Assembly: GCA_009103225.1 (NCBI GenBank)
Contig: RHPI01003508.1
Location: 234,725-298,724, forward strand
Direction of reading: 5' to 3'
DNA from: Chlorokybus atmophyticus
Lineage: Eukaryota > Plantae > Mesostigma and Chlorokybus algae
DNA: 64,000 nt
The position numbers and the translations under genes are program-made. Positions 1 to 11,891 of the stretch are shown here, in pieces (position 1 is the first letter of the stretch; each line of letters opens with the position of its first letter). The notes under the pieces are model-generated. The model searched no databases. It was not told the origin of the DNA and saw nothing but the letters and a program-made list of their open reading frames with translations.

Positions 1-699
1 GTAGTATTGCGCCTGTTTGAAGACGCCCCAGAAGCGACTAACAAAGCATGCGTCCCGCCGCCGCCGCTGGCCCGTCGTGCCTGAATGTCACCCGACAATA
101 ACACCACCCGATTACTGCCGTCACTTGTCTGAATGTCACTACTGCCGGCAATCGCCGTCGACGCACAGCGTCCCGACCAGCCCAACAAACCCCACGCGTC
201 GACGGCGACCAGGCAGCCGACAGCCGTCACCTGTCATCGACCCAGCTGAGAGCCCGTGCAGCCATGACAAAGGCCAGTCAGGCTGAACTGAACGCATTCA
301 GCCGAACTGAAGCCGCCACGATGGATTTTGTCAGCCGACTGTGTTCAGTCGGCACAGCCATGCCTCTCGCGGGTTCGCTGAACCAAAGGCGCGCGTGTAA
401 TTCAAATCTACAAAACCTAACTACACTTAAGACTTTCGCGCCTAGTCCTGGTTCTGGTTGTTGCTGGTGGCAGTGGCAGAGGCGTCGGTGGCGGCCGGCG
501 GCGGCGGCGACCACGCTGGTCGTCAGCCTGCTTAGGTTAAGGTGTCAGCTACTACTCACTTGCAAGTAGTAATTGGTAAAGACAAGCTGTATGTGGGTGT
601 TGTATACATACAGGAGTGACTGACTCTGTTGCAACTAGTAACGTCTGGGTGCATGGCGTTGAGTGCGTGCGTTTCCTCAGATGCAATGTGCATTAGGAG

Positions 700-1198
700 A
701 TGGCTGAAGACGATATGTATGAATTGCCCAAATGGTCTGATGATGAGGATGATGCGGAGGTAGGCTCAACCGTGGCAAGTCATGCCGTGCATGCATGCCT
801 GCAATGCTTTGTAGTGCATTGTAGTGCATCTGTAGGTAGCAATTGCAACGCTTCTGCAGCAGTTCAGCCTTCGACTGGGTGTTGTGCATGCAGGACCGCC
901 TGCGCGACAGCAACATTGATCAGCTGGACGACATGGGGACGCCAACTCAGCCTGCCACACCTCATGTGTTTGAAGTTGGTGGCATCCAGACCCCTGCCAC
1001 AGCCTTGTCTCAGTCAGGGGTATGTTACGTGTGCATAACGTCCACAAGTGTCACACATACAGGATGAATGTTGCCAAGGCACAAATGCATAGTTGTGTGT
1101 GTATGCGTGTGTGCATGTGCGAGCGCGTGTGCGCACACGTGTGTGTGTGTGCGTGCGCGCGCGCGCGTGCTTGCGCGCACGCGCGTGCGTGTGCGTGA

Positions 1199-1242
<44 letters not shown>

Positions 1243-2860
1243 ACCTGATGGCATATGCATGTGGACATACGACTGAGTAATGCTCGGCTATGTAGTAACT
1301 GAGTTGCAGCAATGTTGATTTGTTGTTGTTGGCTTGAGTGCAGGCAGCGTCCACCTTATTCATGCCAGGCGTTCGGCCTGCAGTGCAGTTTCCTTTCAAC
1401 ATGCCACTCAACTTCGCACCACCAAATGTTCCATTGCTAGCTCCCGCACAGACGCCGCCAGCCCCACAAATGCCGTCTGTTTCACCACCGCCTATGCCTG
1501 CACAGGCTGCTCCGGCGCCACAAGCGACATCTGTTCCACAACCGCCTATGCATGCACAGGCTCCAGCGCCACAAGCGGCAGTGCAAACACAACCAGCACA
1601 TGAAGTTGATGCAATGGAAGTAGAGGTGTGTAAGGTCGGAGGATCATGGGCTTGCAGCTGCTGATGCATGTATGAAAGTTAATGATTTGTAGTATGTCCT
1701 GTTTGTGCGCGGGTGGTGGGTCACTCTTGTTGTTGTTGTGCTATGCGTAACTGAAAATGTGTTGATGTAAACTCAACACATGTTGCTTGCGCAGGAGTTG
1801 AGGAATGGCAGTGGCATAGTATGGACTGACGCGCTGGTCCGGAAGCTTTTTCTAGCAGAGAAGCAAGTCACGGCAGTTATTGCCGAGGCGAATGCACAGA
1901 GCAAGACCAAAACTGCTGGCAAGTGGGAGCAAATCTATGAGATGATGAAGCCCACACCCTACACAGTCAAACAATGGCTGAACGCATACGACTACTTAAA
2001 GAAGAAGTACACGGTATGTTTGTCTTGCCCTTGTTGATGATATATATGTGTGTGCATGGATGTTATTGGCTTGTGAGCTAATGCTGTGTTGCTATGCGCA
2101 CAGAAGTACAACTCATCCGGGGGGCAAGCAAGTGGGCAAGGCCAAGAAGCTGGTCAAGTTCAACTTGACCAGCTTCTTGCGGTCCAGAAGTTCTCGCAAA
2201 ACAGGCGCACCTCTCAAGAAGCCCAAATACTATGACATTGTCCATGAGATTATGAAGACCAAGGCCTCAGCCAACCCAAGCTTCACTGTCTCTTCCATGC
2301 CATCAACAGATGGCAACTTCTATAGCAAGAGAGACATGGGCTCTGTGCCAGTTCCATCTCGCTCCAGCAGCAAGCGAGCTGCCACGCCCTCCAGCTCCTA
2401 CATCGGTAGTGAAAGAGTTGACTTCACATAGGAAGATCCATTGGGCACGGAGGAGCACTTGCCCACCTTTGACGCTATGGACAGTGAGGTTGAAGGGGAG
2501 GTGAAGAAAAAGGGTGTGAAGAAAGAGGACCCTTCAGAAGTGACTTCTCCATCCCGCCAACGAAGTCACAAGCGCAACCGTCCAACCGGCAGTGTAGCCT
2601 CTGAATTGAAAGAGCTGCGTGAGCGGACCGTGACCTTCATGGACGAGAGTCAGGTGCTGAATCAAACCATGTGCCAGGTGGCGGCTGATACAAAGACGCT
2701 TGTTGAGCACTCGAAGGCAATGGTAGAGGCGGTGGTCGCCAGCAATGACCATCACAAGGCAGTGAAGGCTAACCGTGATAAGCGCCATGCCGAGTCGCTA
2801 AGTGCAGCCAAGGACTTTAATGATCGCTTTCTAACAATCTTAAAACGCGGTTTTTATTAA
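700..2860 (+). pseudogene. Harbinger Myb/SANT-like (trihelix) DNA-binding protein, spliced, with one in-frame stop
   Basis: Approximate exons 700-759, 895-1019, 1344-1626, 1795-2012, 2104-2860 with GT-AG introns. Trihelix-like WTDALVRKLF...KWEQIYEMM...YDYLKKKY and KPKYYDIVHEIM. In-frame TAG at 2429-2431; the same frame continues to RGFY*. Confidence 0.7.
1094..1241. repeat. (GT)n/(GC)n alternating purine-pyrimidine microsatellite in an intron
   Basis: About 150 bp of near-continuous TG/CG dinucleotides. Confidence 0.95.
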
Positions 2861-3321
2861 CACATGGAAAGGGATTGTGTGCTGACACTCGTACTTGCAA
2901 GTGATCGGCTATTGTCAACAGCAATCGCTCTTAACTTACTTATTTGTGTGTCACGCATATATTGCTGGTCCTGGTGTGTGCTGCTTCATGCCTTGCGCAT
3001 GCTCATTACCTTATGCACTTGATTGTGCTGGTCCATAGTCGGGCCTCCGTACACTTGTGTTCATGCCTCTCGTGCCGTTGCGCATGCGCGTGCGTGTATA
3101 TAAGAGATAGTATGCTAGATTATGTGTGCGTGCTGCTCCATGCCTTGCGCATGCGCACTTTTATTACCTTATGTAAACTGTTGGTCCATATGTGCTCTCT
3201 TGCGTGCATGGAGATGTGATGGCCTTGCACATGCACACTCGCTTATGCATGCTTTTCATGCCGTTGCGCTGCCTCGTGCCTTGCGCATGTTCAATGCATG
3301 AGTAGCCAAGCTAAGCAATTC

Positions 3322-4844
3322 TTAACGGATCAAGTACTCAGCTATCAAGTCCCGTTTCAGTTTTGCACCACCAGCTGCCATGTTGGAGCCTAAGGGCACC
3401 CCGGTCTGTGCCTGCAAGTTCAGTAGGCGGATGCGCTTTGCTGCTCGCCGCCGTTCACGCCGCGACACCACCACCTCGTGCCTCCTCTCATTGTGCAGTT
3501 GGACGACATTGTGCATTATGGCAGTAGCTGTAATGATGAGACATGCAAATCGAGTCTTCACCTGTGAATGCATGCGTCAGCTGCGCATGCACATGCACAT
3601 GTATCACGTTCTTATTCATATTTGCAAGAGAAGTTGCTGCCAGCAATTATATGTTAACTCACCTTGTAAAGCAGGACACGCCAGGTGTTCTTCCACAAGC
3701 CAATGGTTTGCTCGATAGCTATGCGTGTCGCCGACTGCATGTAGTTGTATACCTCTTGCTTAGGAGGTAAGTGGTTGCCGTCGTACGGAGTCATGATCTT
3801 GGTCGTCAAAGGGTAGGCAGCATCTCCAACCAAGTACCCCATTGAAGGACGTTCGTGATCCAGCAAGTACTGGCTAACCGGTGCAAAGTTGAACACAGTA
3901 GAGTCGTGATTGCAACCAGCACAGCCGACGTGCAGATTCGTGATGTTGAATTTGTCATTACAAATAACCAAGCAATTGGTGGAGTAAAACTTCTTATAAT
4001 TGCGATAGCTCTCGTCTTTTTCTTGTATCTTCACATGGGTGCCATCCACCGATCCGACGCAGCCCTTCATACCGTTAGTATGGGTTGTGTAGCCACGCAT
4101 TTCAAAGCCAGACTGAATGGCCGCCACACCCCTTCGCCCAGCAGGACGTCCCAGTGCAGCAGGCCACACCGGCCCCTCTAGAAACCCAACAGGAGCAGCT
4201 TGATCAGCCATCCACACGCATATACAATTGCCTTAAACAACATGCATGAAAGCAGCACATCAACATTAATACCTAATAAAATGATCCATCACGAGCTGCA
4301 CAATGGCGCCACATACGATGGGAACCTCCTGAGCAATGGTGGAGATGCCAAGATTGAATAACTCACTAACTGCAGCGAAGTCAGCTCCAGTAGCTAGGTA
4401 ATAAAGCACTGCAGCTACCCGGCGCTCAAGTGTGATGGCTTTGACCCAACGAGAATCCTCTACTTCTACATCAGCACGGATGGCCTCACACACAAGCTCA
4501 TATACTGCGCGCTCCAACCTAAAGTGTTTTACAAACCTCTCCTCACTAAATTGAGGCACCCAGTGATCCCACCAGAGCTTATGTCTAAGCAAGGACTGCA
4601 CACGAAGACGCAAAGGATCAGCACCCACTGCCATCATGCACGTCTGACTGGATGATGATAATTGCGTGAACAACATCAGCAACACCTGCACAACCACAAC
4701 CAGAACACTACTAGCCATAGCGACAAGCATTCTATGCTGCTGCATAACTACATCATATGTTGCATCGTCCAGCAACTCCTTCTTCTGACGCATTGTTAAG
4801 AGCATTGCATTATGCCGCTGCAACAGCATCTGGATCAGACGCAT
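3322..4844 (-). CDS. Harbinger DDE transposase/nuclease (HARBI1-like), spliced
   Basis: Motifs RFVKHFRL, LYYLATG, GCVGSVDGTHVKI, GCNHDSTVF, YLVGDAAYPL, TRIAIEQTIGLWKNTWR, ATAIMHN. Approximate exons 4844-4273, 4177-3663, 3561-3322; the phase of the first junction is not resolved. Confidence 0.88.
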
Positions 4845-6574
4845 CTGTGCAAGTAGAGCACGCACACCTACACACAATGACACACATCATCAACACACAT
4901 AGATTGCTGGTTGTAGCTACAAAGCATACTGCTGTTTGATGTGTAATGTTCTGTATACTTACCTTCTATGGATCCACTGTCGCTGCTCGAAGAGGCAGGA
5001 AGGCGATGGTGCTGCCATAGCCCCAACCAGCCTCAACCTACCCACCGCCGCACCAGACAAGCCTGCTAGCGATGCCACTAGCTAAAGCACCAATGACCAA
5101 CACATCACCAAGCCCCCACCGCCGCCGCCGTCGTCACCGTCATTGTCACCCTCCCCGCCTCCTCTGCCACTGCCCGCAGCCGCGAGACGGAGGCTGAAAA
5201 TCTAGATTTACGGGGTTAGCCGCCATAACTGGCCCCTTACCTCGTATTACAGGGCTCAAAAGCCCTATAAAATTCGGCCTGAAGGCTGATGCCACATTGG
5301 CATCAACCGACGCCACGTAGGTGCCAACTGGATGGTTCAGACGGCGCAGAAAGCACATGTCTGTGCCGATTGAACCTGAAGTTTTCGGTTAATTCGAGCC
5401 GCGGGGGGGCTTTTGGGTCAGGTGTACCGGGTCAGCCGGCTTCCCACGCCATGGCTGCACGGGCTCTCAGTCAATACTGCCCGACGGAAGCTGCTCGGCC
5501 ATCCGACCGTACGTGAGCCCCCATCACAAATCGGCGGCAGCAATCTCCCCAAATTTGCATGCAGTGCCTTATGTGTGTTCAGACGGTGTGCATCGTAAAG
5601 CCCTAACCCTAGCCCTAATCCTTAGGTTAGGCCCTTATTGCTGCAACGAAAATTTGCATCGTTAGGCCACCATTTGGTCACGCTTGAATTTAATCAAATA
5701 CGATTGCAACGGTGACAACAACCGTTGCTCAAAAAAGCAGCGAATTGGCCAATCATTGCAGAGATGCATAAAAAATGCTGAAAACTATCTCCGCGGCAAT
5801 TGCTTGCCAACGGTGACCCAAAATGGGTAGCGATTTTGTGCAATTGCAGCACAATAGTGGTTAAAACGGCCGCGCTTTCGGCGGTACGAGGTCGGGGCAG
5901 GCCTCATACCCCAAAGACATGCAGCCACTACTGACCCTCGTTCTAACTAATCCACTCTACCATGTAACACTAATTGATTACATTCTATGGTTACTGCGTC
6001 ATCAAACATGGTCAACAGCCGAACAATGACTCTCATCCATGGCTTGTGTCACTCAAGGGCGTCAATTGTCGACACGGTATTTGTAGCCCCACATGTGCGT
6101 CCACATCCTTACAGCAAGCGAGCAGTAATCACTACAGCACGGGCAGATCTCAGATAAGCTGACAGTTACAATTAGTGCGCTTTCACTGTGCACTCACTGT
6201 GCTGGCAGCAGCAGCAGCGGCGGCGGCGGCGGCGACGGCGTTAACGCTAATCAAGTCAAGACTAGATCAGGCCAGGGCTACGATAAGGCTACGACGCACT
6301 GGCAGGTGTGAATCATCAACGTCACTGCGCACTGCTAACAGCCTGCCTCACATGCTTGCTGCTCGCGTGCCTGCTTGCCTGCCTCGATTGTTGATTGCTG
6401 GCATGACTCACTGATTGCTTCAGTGTAGCTTATATCTGTGCTTATGTATGCCATGTGTTTTTTTGCAACAACATTCAACAAGCAAACTGTAACATGCAAA
6501 CTACGCAAGCAAGTCAGCATTCTCATTGATGGTTGCGCATTGGTTTCTTGTTCTCTCTCCTGCGCAGTTCAGCT

Positions 6575-8720
6575 ATGAGGTCGCCTGGTAACGCTTGCAG
6601 CAGCATGCTGCCGCTGGCCTGCTCGTGCCTGCTGCTTTTCCTGCTGGCGGCGACGCTGCCAGGGGCATTGGCAGCCAGGCCGGTCTCCTTGTCGTCTTCC
6701 GGCGGACTGCATGGTATGGCCCCATGCTACATGAGCTGTTAGCATTGCATGATGTGAGTGAGTGCGTGGGAGAGCAAAACAGAGAGTTTGTGTGAATGCA
6801 CACGCGCACGCGTGCATCACCATGCGCGAGCGTGCGTGCGTGCATGTGTGTGTGTGTGTGTGTGTGTGCGCGATGCTTACTTCAGAACGAAGACCATTGC
6901 ATGTGCGTGTGGTGTGTGTAGGATAGAATGCTTGCTCATGCTTGCTTATGGTTGCGCATGCCTGCTCATGCTTGCGGCTCTTGTGGTCGGAGCAGGAGAC
7001 CAGTCAGTGCTGCAGTTGTTTGGGGATGATGACAAGAAGCACACCGTGTGCGAGACGGGAGACTGGCGCAAGTCATCTTTGAAGCTCATCAAGGAGGTGT
7101 GTTATATGCACCCTTTGTGTAGTCTTTTAACTTGGTACAAAAACAAGCTCGGCCATCATGCCATGCGATCTGCTTCATCACCAGTATAAACCGTGTGCAT
7201 GTGGCTTAAGGTGTTCACTGCCTTCTTGCTGCAGGGTCCGTTCATCGGCCTTTTTCGCGAACTGCACGAGCAGACCAAGTTTGAAGCTAGTGCTGTGACC
7301 ATTGTGGATGAGAAGTACTATGTTGTCTTTGACAGGTGAACACACCCAGACATTCATATTCACCCTCCACATCAAAGATTGCTGTGGCCACTAACACGTT
7401 GTTGTAACAGCATTCAAAGCATTGGATACATTGACCCAACGATGACAGCGTTGGCCGAAGACAACGTTCTCATTGGAGAGATTGGCGAGGAGTCGCAGTT
7501 TGAGGGGCTGGCATACAGGCCTGATACAGGCACCTTCTTTGCGCTTAAGGAGAGTCATGAACACCAAGGTGTGTTTGTTGGTTGTGATGTGCTTTCATAA
7601 AGGATATACACCTATTAACGCCATTAACAACAGGCAAGTTGAAGCCTCAAGCCATTGAGATCAAGATATCGGATGACAAGTCCAAGTATGAGCTGCTGCG
7701 CAAGTGCGATGTAGAGTTTGAGCTCAGCAGCGCCAACAAGGGCTTTGAAGGCATCAGTTACCATGACAAGGGCGATGATGGTATGTACATGCGTGGATAA
7801 AAGTGTGCATGCGCGCATGTGCTGCAGTTTCTTCAAGTATGCAAGTGCAGTATGGGTAGTGCGCGCACATCATTTGCCACGCTCATCGGCTACACACATG
7901 CTTGCAGGTGCCTATCTGTGCGCATGCACGCGTGCACAGTGGTTTGCTCATTTAGCCGGATGACTGCCCACACAGGCAAGTTCCTGCTCGGACTGTGCGA
8001 AGGCAACTTTTGCGAAGGAGGCGCGAAAGGCCGAGAAGCTGGCAATGGGCGGGTTGTTGTGTCAAAGCTGGAGGAGTCCGACGGCAGTTGTCGGTAGGTG
8101 TATGCAAAGTCTCACTGCTCAAATCTCTATACCTCAAGGCGCATGGTGTATTCAATCACGCTATCTGCAGGTTTGTGCCAGTGAAGACCATTGAGATTCC
8201 CGGCGCCGAGGGTCAAGCCAGATTCACGGACTATTCGGGTACAGCACTATATCTGCAAAGCAACACAGCAAACGCGACATGTCAGCGGCTTTGTTTTGTT
8301 GACCATCATTGAAAACATCTTAAATTGATGCATGCCAATGATACTGCGTTGCCTTCAGGTATGGCGTTCCGGGATGATCGAGTTGCAGTCATATCTCAAG
8401 TAAGAACCACCTCAAATTATCATCATGGATATAGCCATGACCGAGCTTATACATTTCTGCCTCTCTCGCAGGAGGATGCTGCTTTGTGGATCGGCAAGTT
8501 TAACTGGGATGACTTTAGCTTCGACACGAGCGACGCGGGCGGTCTGTACTACTTCCCAAAAGACCATGAGTGCAAGACCGTGTACTGCAATGTGGAGGGC
8601 ATTGCTTGGATAGACGACCACCGCTTTGTAACCACCTCGGACTCCGCCAAGGCCGACCAGCCGTACACGTGCACCATCAAAGACCAGTCGCTGCACATCT
8701 TCGCACTGCCCATGCACTGA
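6575..8720 (+). CDS. Secreted protein with repeated FEG(L/I)A/S-type blades, probable beta-propeller (SdiA-regulated/YjiK-like by inference)
   Basis: Signal-peptide-like MRSPG...CLLLFLLAATLPGALA. About nine GT-AG exons encode FEASAVTIVDEKYYVVFD, SQFEGLAYRP, KGFEGISYH, LLGLCEGNFC, CNVEGIAWID, SLHIFALPMH*. Confidence 0.75.
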
Positions 8721-9726
8721 GCAACGGGATGAGCCATCTGTGCTGTCCTGGTATCTCCTGCCTTCTGCATAGAACACTGCCGTGGATGCCGTTTGTGTAG
8801 ACGGCAGAGCAGTGCTTATATGTGCAACGTTGCAATATGTACATAAACTAGCACATGCCTGGAGCGCTGTGCCGTGAATGCCATGTGCAGCAGTGTCTTG
8901 ATCTTTTGCAAAGACTGGACCCAAAGGCATTACCACCAAATCTCGCCTCTGCCCTCTCAGATGAGCATGTATCACAAGGGAAAACACCATTGTCCACAAT
9001 CAGAGGCTTGACTGTTATGCTTGCGATGATACTAAGGTCATGAAACACATACAAACGTTCAATAGCAATAGTGACGCCCAATAGCGTTTAACAACCGTAC
9101 CATGGGACAATCACACAAATGCTGGCAAGCCGTCCTCTGTTCTGCGTGAAGAGAGAGTCAGCAGCTTCGCATCAGTAGAGGTTACAAAGCCGCTGTGGGG
9201 CAATGCACAGTTGTTTGTTGTGGAGTGTATGCGGGTGCTATGGCATGCGACTACCAGCCTGCCTACGTGCTCAGGCTTCACTGATTGTGCAGTAAACAGA
9301 GAGAGATGCACGGCTTATGCTGTTGTTGGGCAACTCTGCTACTCACATTGTAAGCACGCATGCAATTGCTGTACAGCATGCACAGTTGCACCGCCAAGTG
9401 ACATGAGACTGCTCGAGGCTTGAAAACAGCACCTCAACCGCAAGTCAGCAAGTCACAACACACGCACAACTTACATCTACGACTTCGGCAAGCACGCCAT
9501 GTCACTACAGCAGCTGGGTCAAACCATCAGCTGTTCAACGGTTTGTCCGTCCCTTCCATGTCCTGTCCCTGTTTGCCCTCGCTAAAAGCGTCATTGCCAC
9601 CCTCTTGTTGACCAGACTGTACTGCACGCACCTGCTCTGCCTGGTTCCAAATTGTCTTCAAAAAGGCAATTGGCCGATACCCATGCCTGCACAAAAACCA
9701 TCTTAATGGCGAACAGCAACTAATGC
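7851..9726. repeat. Local direct duplication 1, copy A (3' end of the propeller gene plus last exon of Rpn13)
   Basis: TATGGGTAGTGCGCGCACAT is shared at 7851 and 18229; co-linear similarity continues through exons, intergenic DNA and the Rpn13 terminal exon (9527-9686 versus 20205-20360). Confidence 0.9.
9527..9686 (-). pseudogene. Duplicated terminal exon of Rpn13
   Basis: HGYRPIAFLKTIWNQAEQVRAVQSGQQEGGNDAFSEGKQGQDMEGTDKPLNS* aligns with YGYRLDAFLQAIQDQAEQARAGQSGQQESGNDASSEGRPGQDTEGADKPNS* at 20205; upstream Rpn13 exons are absent. Confidence 0.85.
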
Positions 9727-10894
9727 ATGCATGCTCGCACATGCGCACGCATGTGTGTACAGTCCTTATATGACGTGCTATTGTGCACACGCATGCAATA
9801 TGCACATCACTCAAGCATTTCACTCACACTAGTATACATCACCGTTGTTACCACCGGGCTATGCCACTGCGCTACTCTACACCAACTAGCCTTCCTAGTT
9901 AGACATGCACATGCAAACTGTTGTCATTACCTGCCCACATGGGCTGCTGTGTCAGTGCAACCCTGCGCGCGTGCGTGTGTGTGACAAAGAGAGTGCAATG
10001 TTATGAACGCCCAAATTTCTCGTATTGTCAAGTAAGAGGCAGTGTCATTAGCCAATGAGACAAAGCAGCAACAGCTGTGTTGAAACATCATAACTGAAAC
10101 ACTATGATGCCGGCTTTGGCTGTGCTAAACAGACTTTTGCCATGACACGCAAGACCGCTGCCAAACTGGGAATGGCACTCAGCTCAACATGTTGTGTCAA
10201 CCACTTGAGCATCCACTTCTTCACGGGAAGCGGTTGAGTCTTCAAGCATGCTTCCACTTGTGGGTGTTCCGGCATGTTCATAGGCTAGGTTGGTCTTTTC
10301 ATAGCCTACTTCGCCTCTTGGGCTGCAAGAAAGTTGGCCTCAAGCTATGCTAAGCAAGCAGCTTTACGCTAGCATGAATGTCAAGCCCGCAGACTCTTGA
10401 GTCAAGCAAGCAAAGACCATTGTTGGAGAGTAATTTAGCATATAGGTAGCAGGTCACCACCTAAAATCAAGACCACAATGGTTTACTCTCAACTGCTTTT
10501 AACGATACCCAACACTTGAAGATATTCACAAATTTGAACTTTGCGCTGCAATAAGCAATATCGCTTGTTAAGTGCGCATGCGACTGGTCATGTTGAAAAG
10601 AATACAGCGCATATCTGGGTTGTTGAGAACAAACCCACCCATGCATATGACAATGGCCACTATTTCATATGCTTGCGTGCACACTCATCATAGCAAGCAC
10701 AACGGCAGGTTTGTCTTTGTCTCTGCGCTTACGTGACAGCTATTGCCAAATACACAATCGCGCAGATTGTGTTAGCATAAGCATGTCTTGCACACCGTTC
10801 AGTCCAGTCAGCTTGTGAATTGGCTAAGGCATGAGCCTTAGGATTCTGCTACTAGTATGAGCTGATATCGATCAGTCATGAGTTTGCAGCAGAT

Positions 10895-11175
10895 ATCGAG
10901 TCCACTACGCGGAGTATGACCAAGCAGGAGACTCTGGACTTGCTTATGAGGCTGGCGCAGCCTGACGCAGCCAACGCCTTGGGAGAACGGCGAGAACTCC
11001 GCGTATACTCAAACTTAGAAGGCGTGGCTTAGCTTGTTGGGAAGCTTTGGCTAGGGCCAGGGGTAAGCTAGACACTAAGCTTACATATTGGCAATCCGTT
11101 GAGTATAGCTCACGCGGTGCTTGCTAAAGTAGACATGTGTAGTCTGGCCGGTATAAAGGCCAACAAAAATAACAA
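10895..11175 (+). repeat. Dispersed repeat, possibly an LTR fragment; second copy inverted at ~63625-63915
   Basis: Shared blocks CTCCGCGTATACT, AGCTTGTTGGRAAGCT, GAGTATAGCTYACGCRGTGCTTGC, GTAGACRTGTGT and CTGGCYGGTATAA occur in the same order in both copies. Confidence 0.75.
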
Positions 11176-11891
11176 GTTCTAGGTTCGAGCGAAACCCCTT
11201 TTGCAAGCCTTGTGTGCACGCCTCGTATTTATGTACTGGTGCATGTGCATGCTGTAGTTGTGGCCAGCGCTAGCTCCGTGTTCAACAGAATTGACCGGTC
11301 TTGCAATAAAAGAATACTCATGGCACTTGCCTCCTGGTTGGTCTCTGTCACGATTTGGACCCCTGCGCTGAACCTTGAGCATTAGCATGGTACTCGCTCA
11401 GTCACTCCGCAGCACAGCACAGCTAACAACTGAACTTCCTGCTGCAAAGCAACCAGGCGGAGCTGCTCCAACAACTCCTGGCCTCGGCCAATTGGTAGAG
11501 TTGCTGTTAATGAGGCAGACACGCCAGGCACATTGCTGCTCGCCCAATTCCACCGCAAAGCATGCTACGATCGCGGATGAAGCGCTGGCCGCTGATGATC
11601 CACCGTGGATCACCGTGACGGCACCGTGACGGCAATAGCCCCTCCTCACCAGCACGAACGTCCCCGCCCACGTGCTGCACTGCTGTTAGGGGACATGGTA
11701 ATCAGCACAGATTCGCGCACATCGAATCTGGTGCCCATACACATGCGTGCCACACGCACATATCAATTCACAAGAACATGTAGCCTGATCAGTTGCGTAA
11801 TTGATTGCTCAATGTGTTCTTGTGACTGCATCATGTCAACACCATTTGTTAAGCAAAAGAGAATAATAGTCATAGGCACGCAGCTTTCTCT

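Larger units (their letters stand above)
246..5470. mobile_element. PIF/Harbinger DNA transposon, full length (~5.2 kb), two convergent genes
   Basis: Perfect 21-bp inverted repeat CTGAGAGCCCGTGCAGCCATG at 246-266 and 5450-5470 brackets a Myb/SANT-like gene (+) and a DDE nuclease gene (-), the canonical Harbinger layout. No exact 3-bp TSD: TGA/TCA flanks if the ends are placed at 250/5466. Confidence 0.9.

Noticed and set aside
1014-1280. HT/CV-repeat ORFs here and in many introns
   Set aside because: Translations of (CA)n/(GT)n intronic repeats.
5634-5860. Possible CACTA-type MITE ending in CAATAGTG
   Set aside because: The left end matches only loosely (CTTATTGCTGCAA versus CACTATTGTGCTGCAA) and no TSD was found.
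10130-10290. Minus-strand peptide resembling an hAT dimerisation domain
   Set aside because: Motif spacing does not fit, and the ER-x-FS signature is absent.
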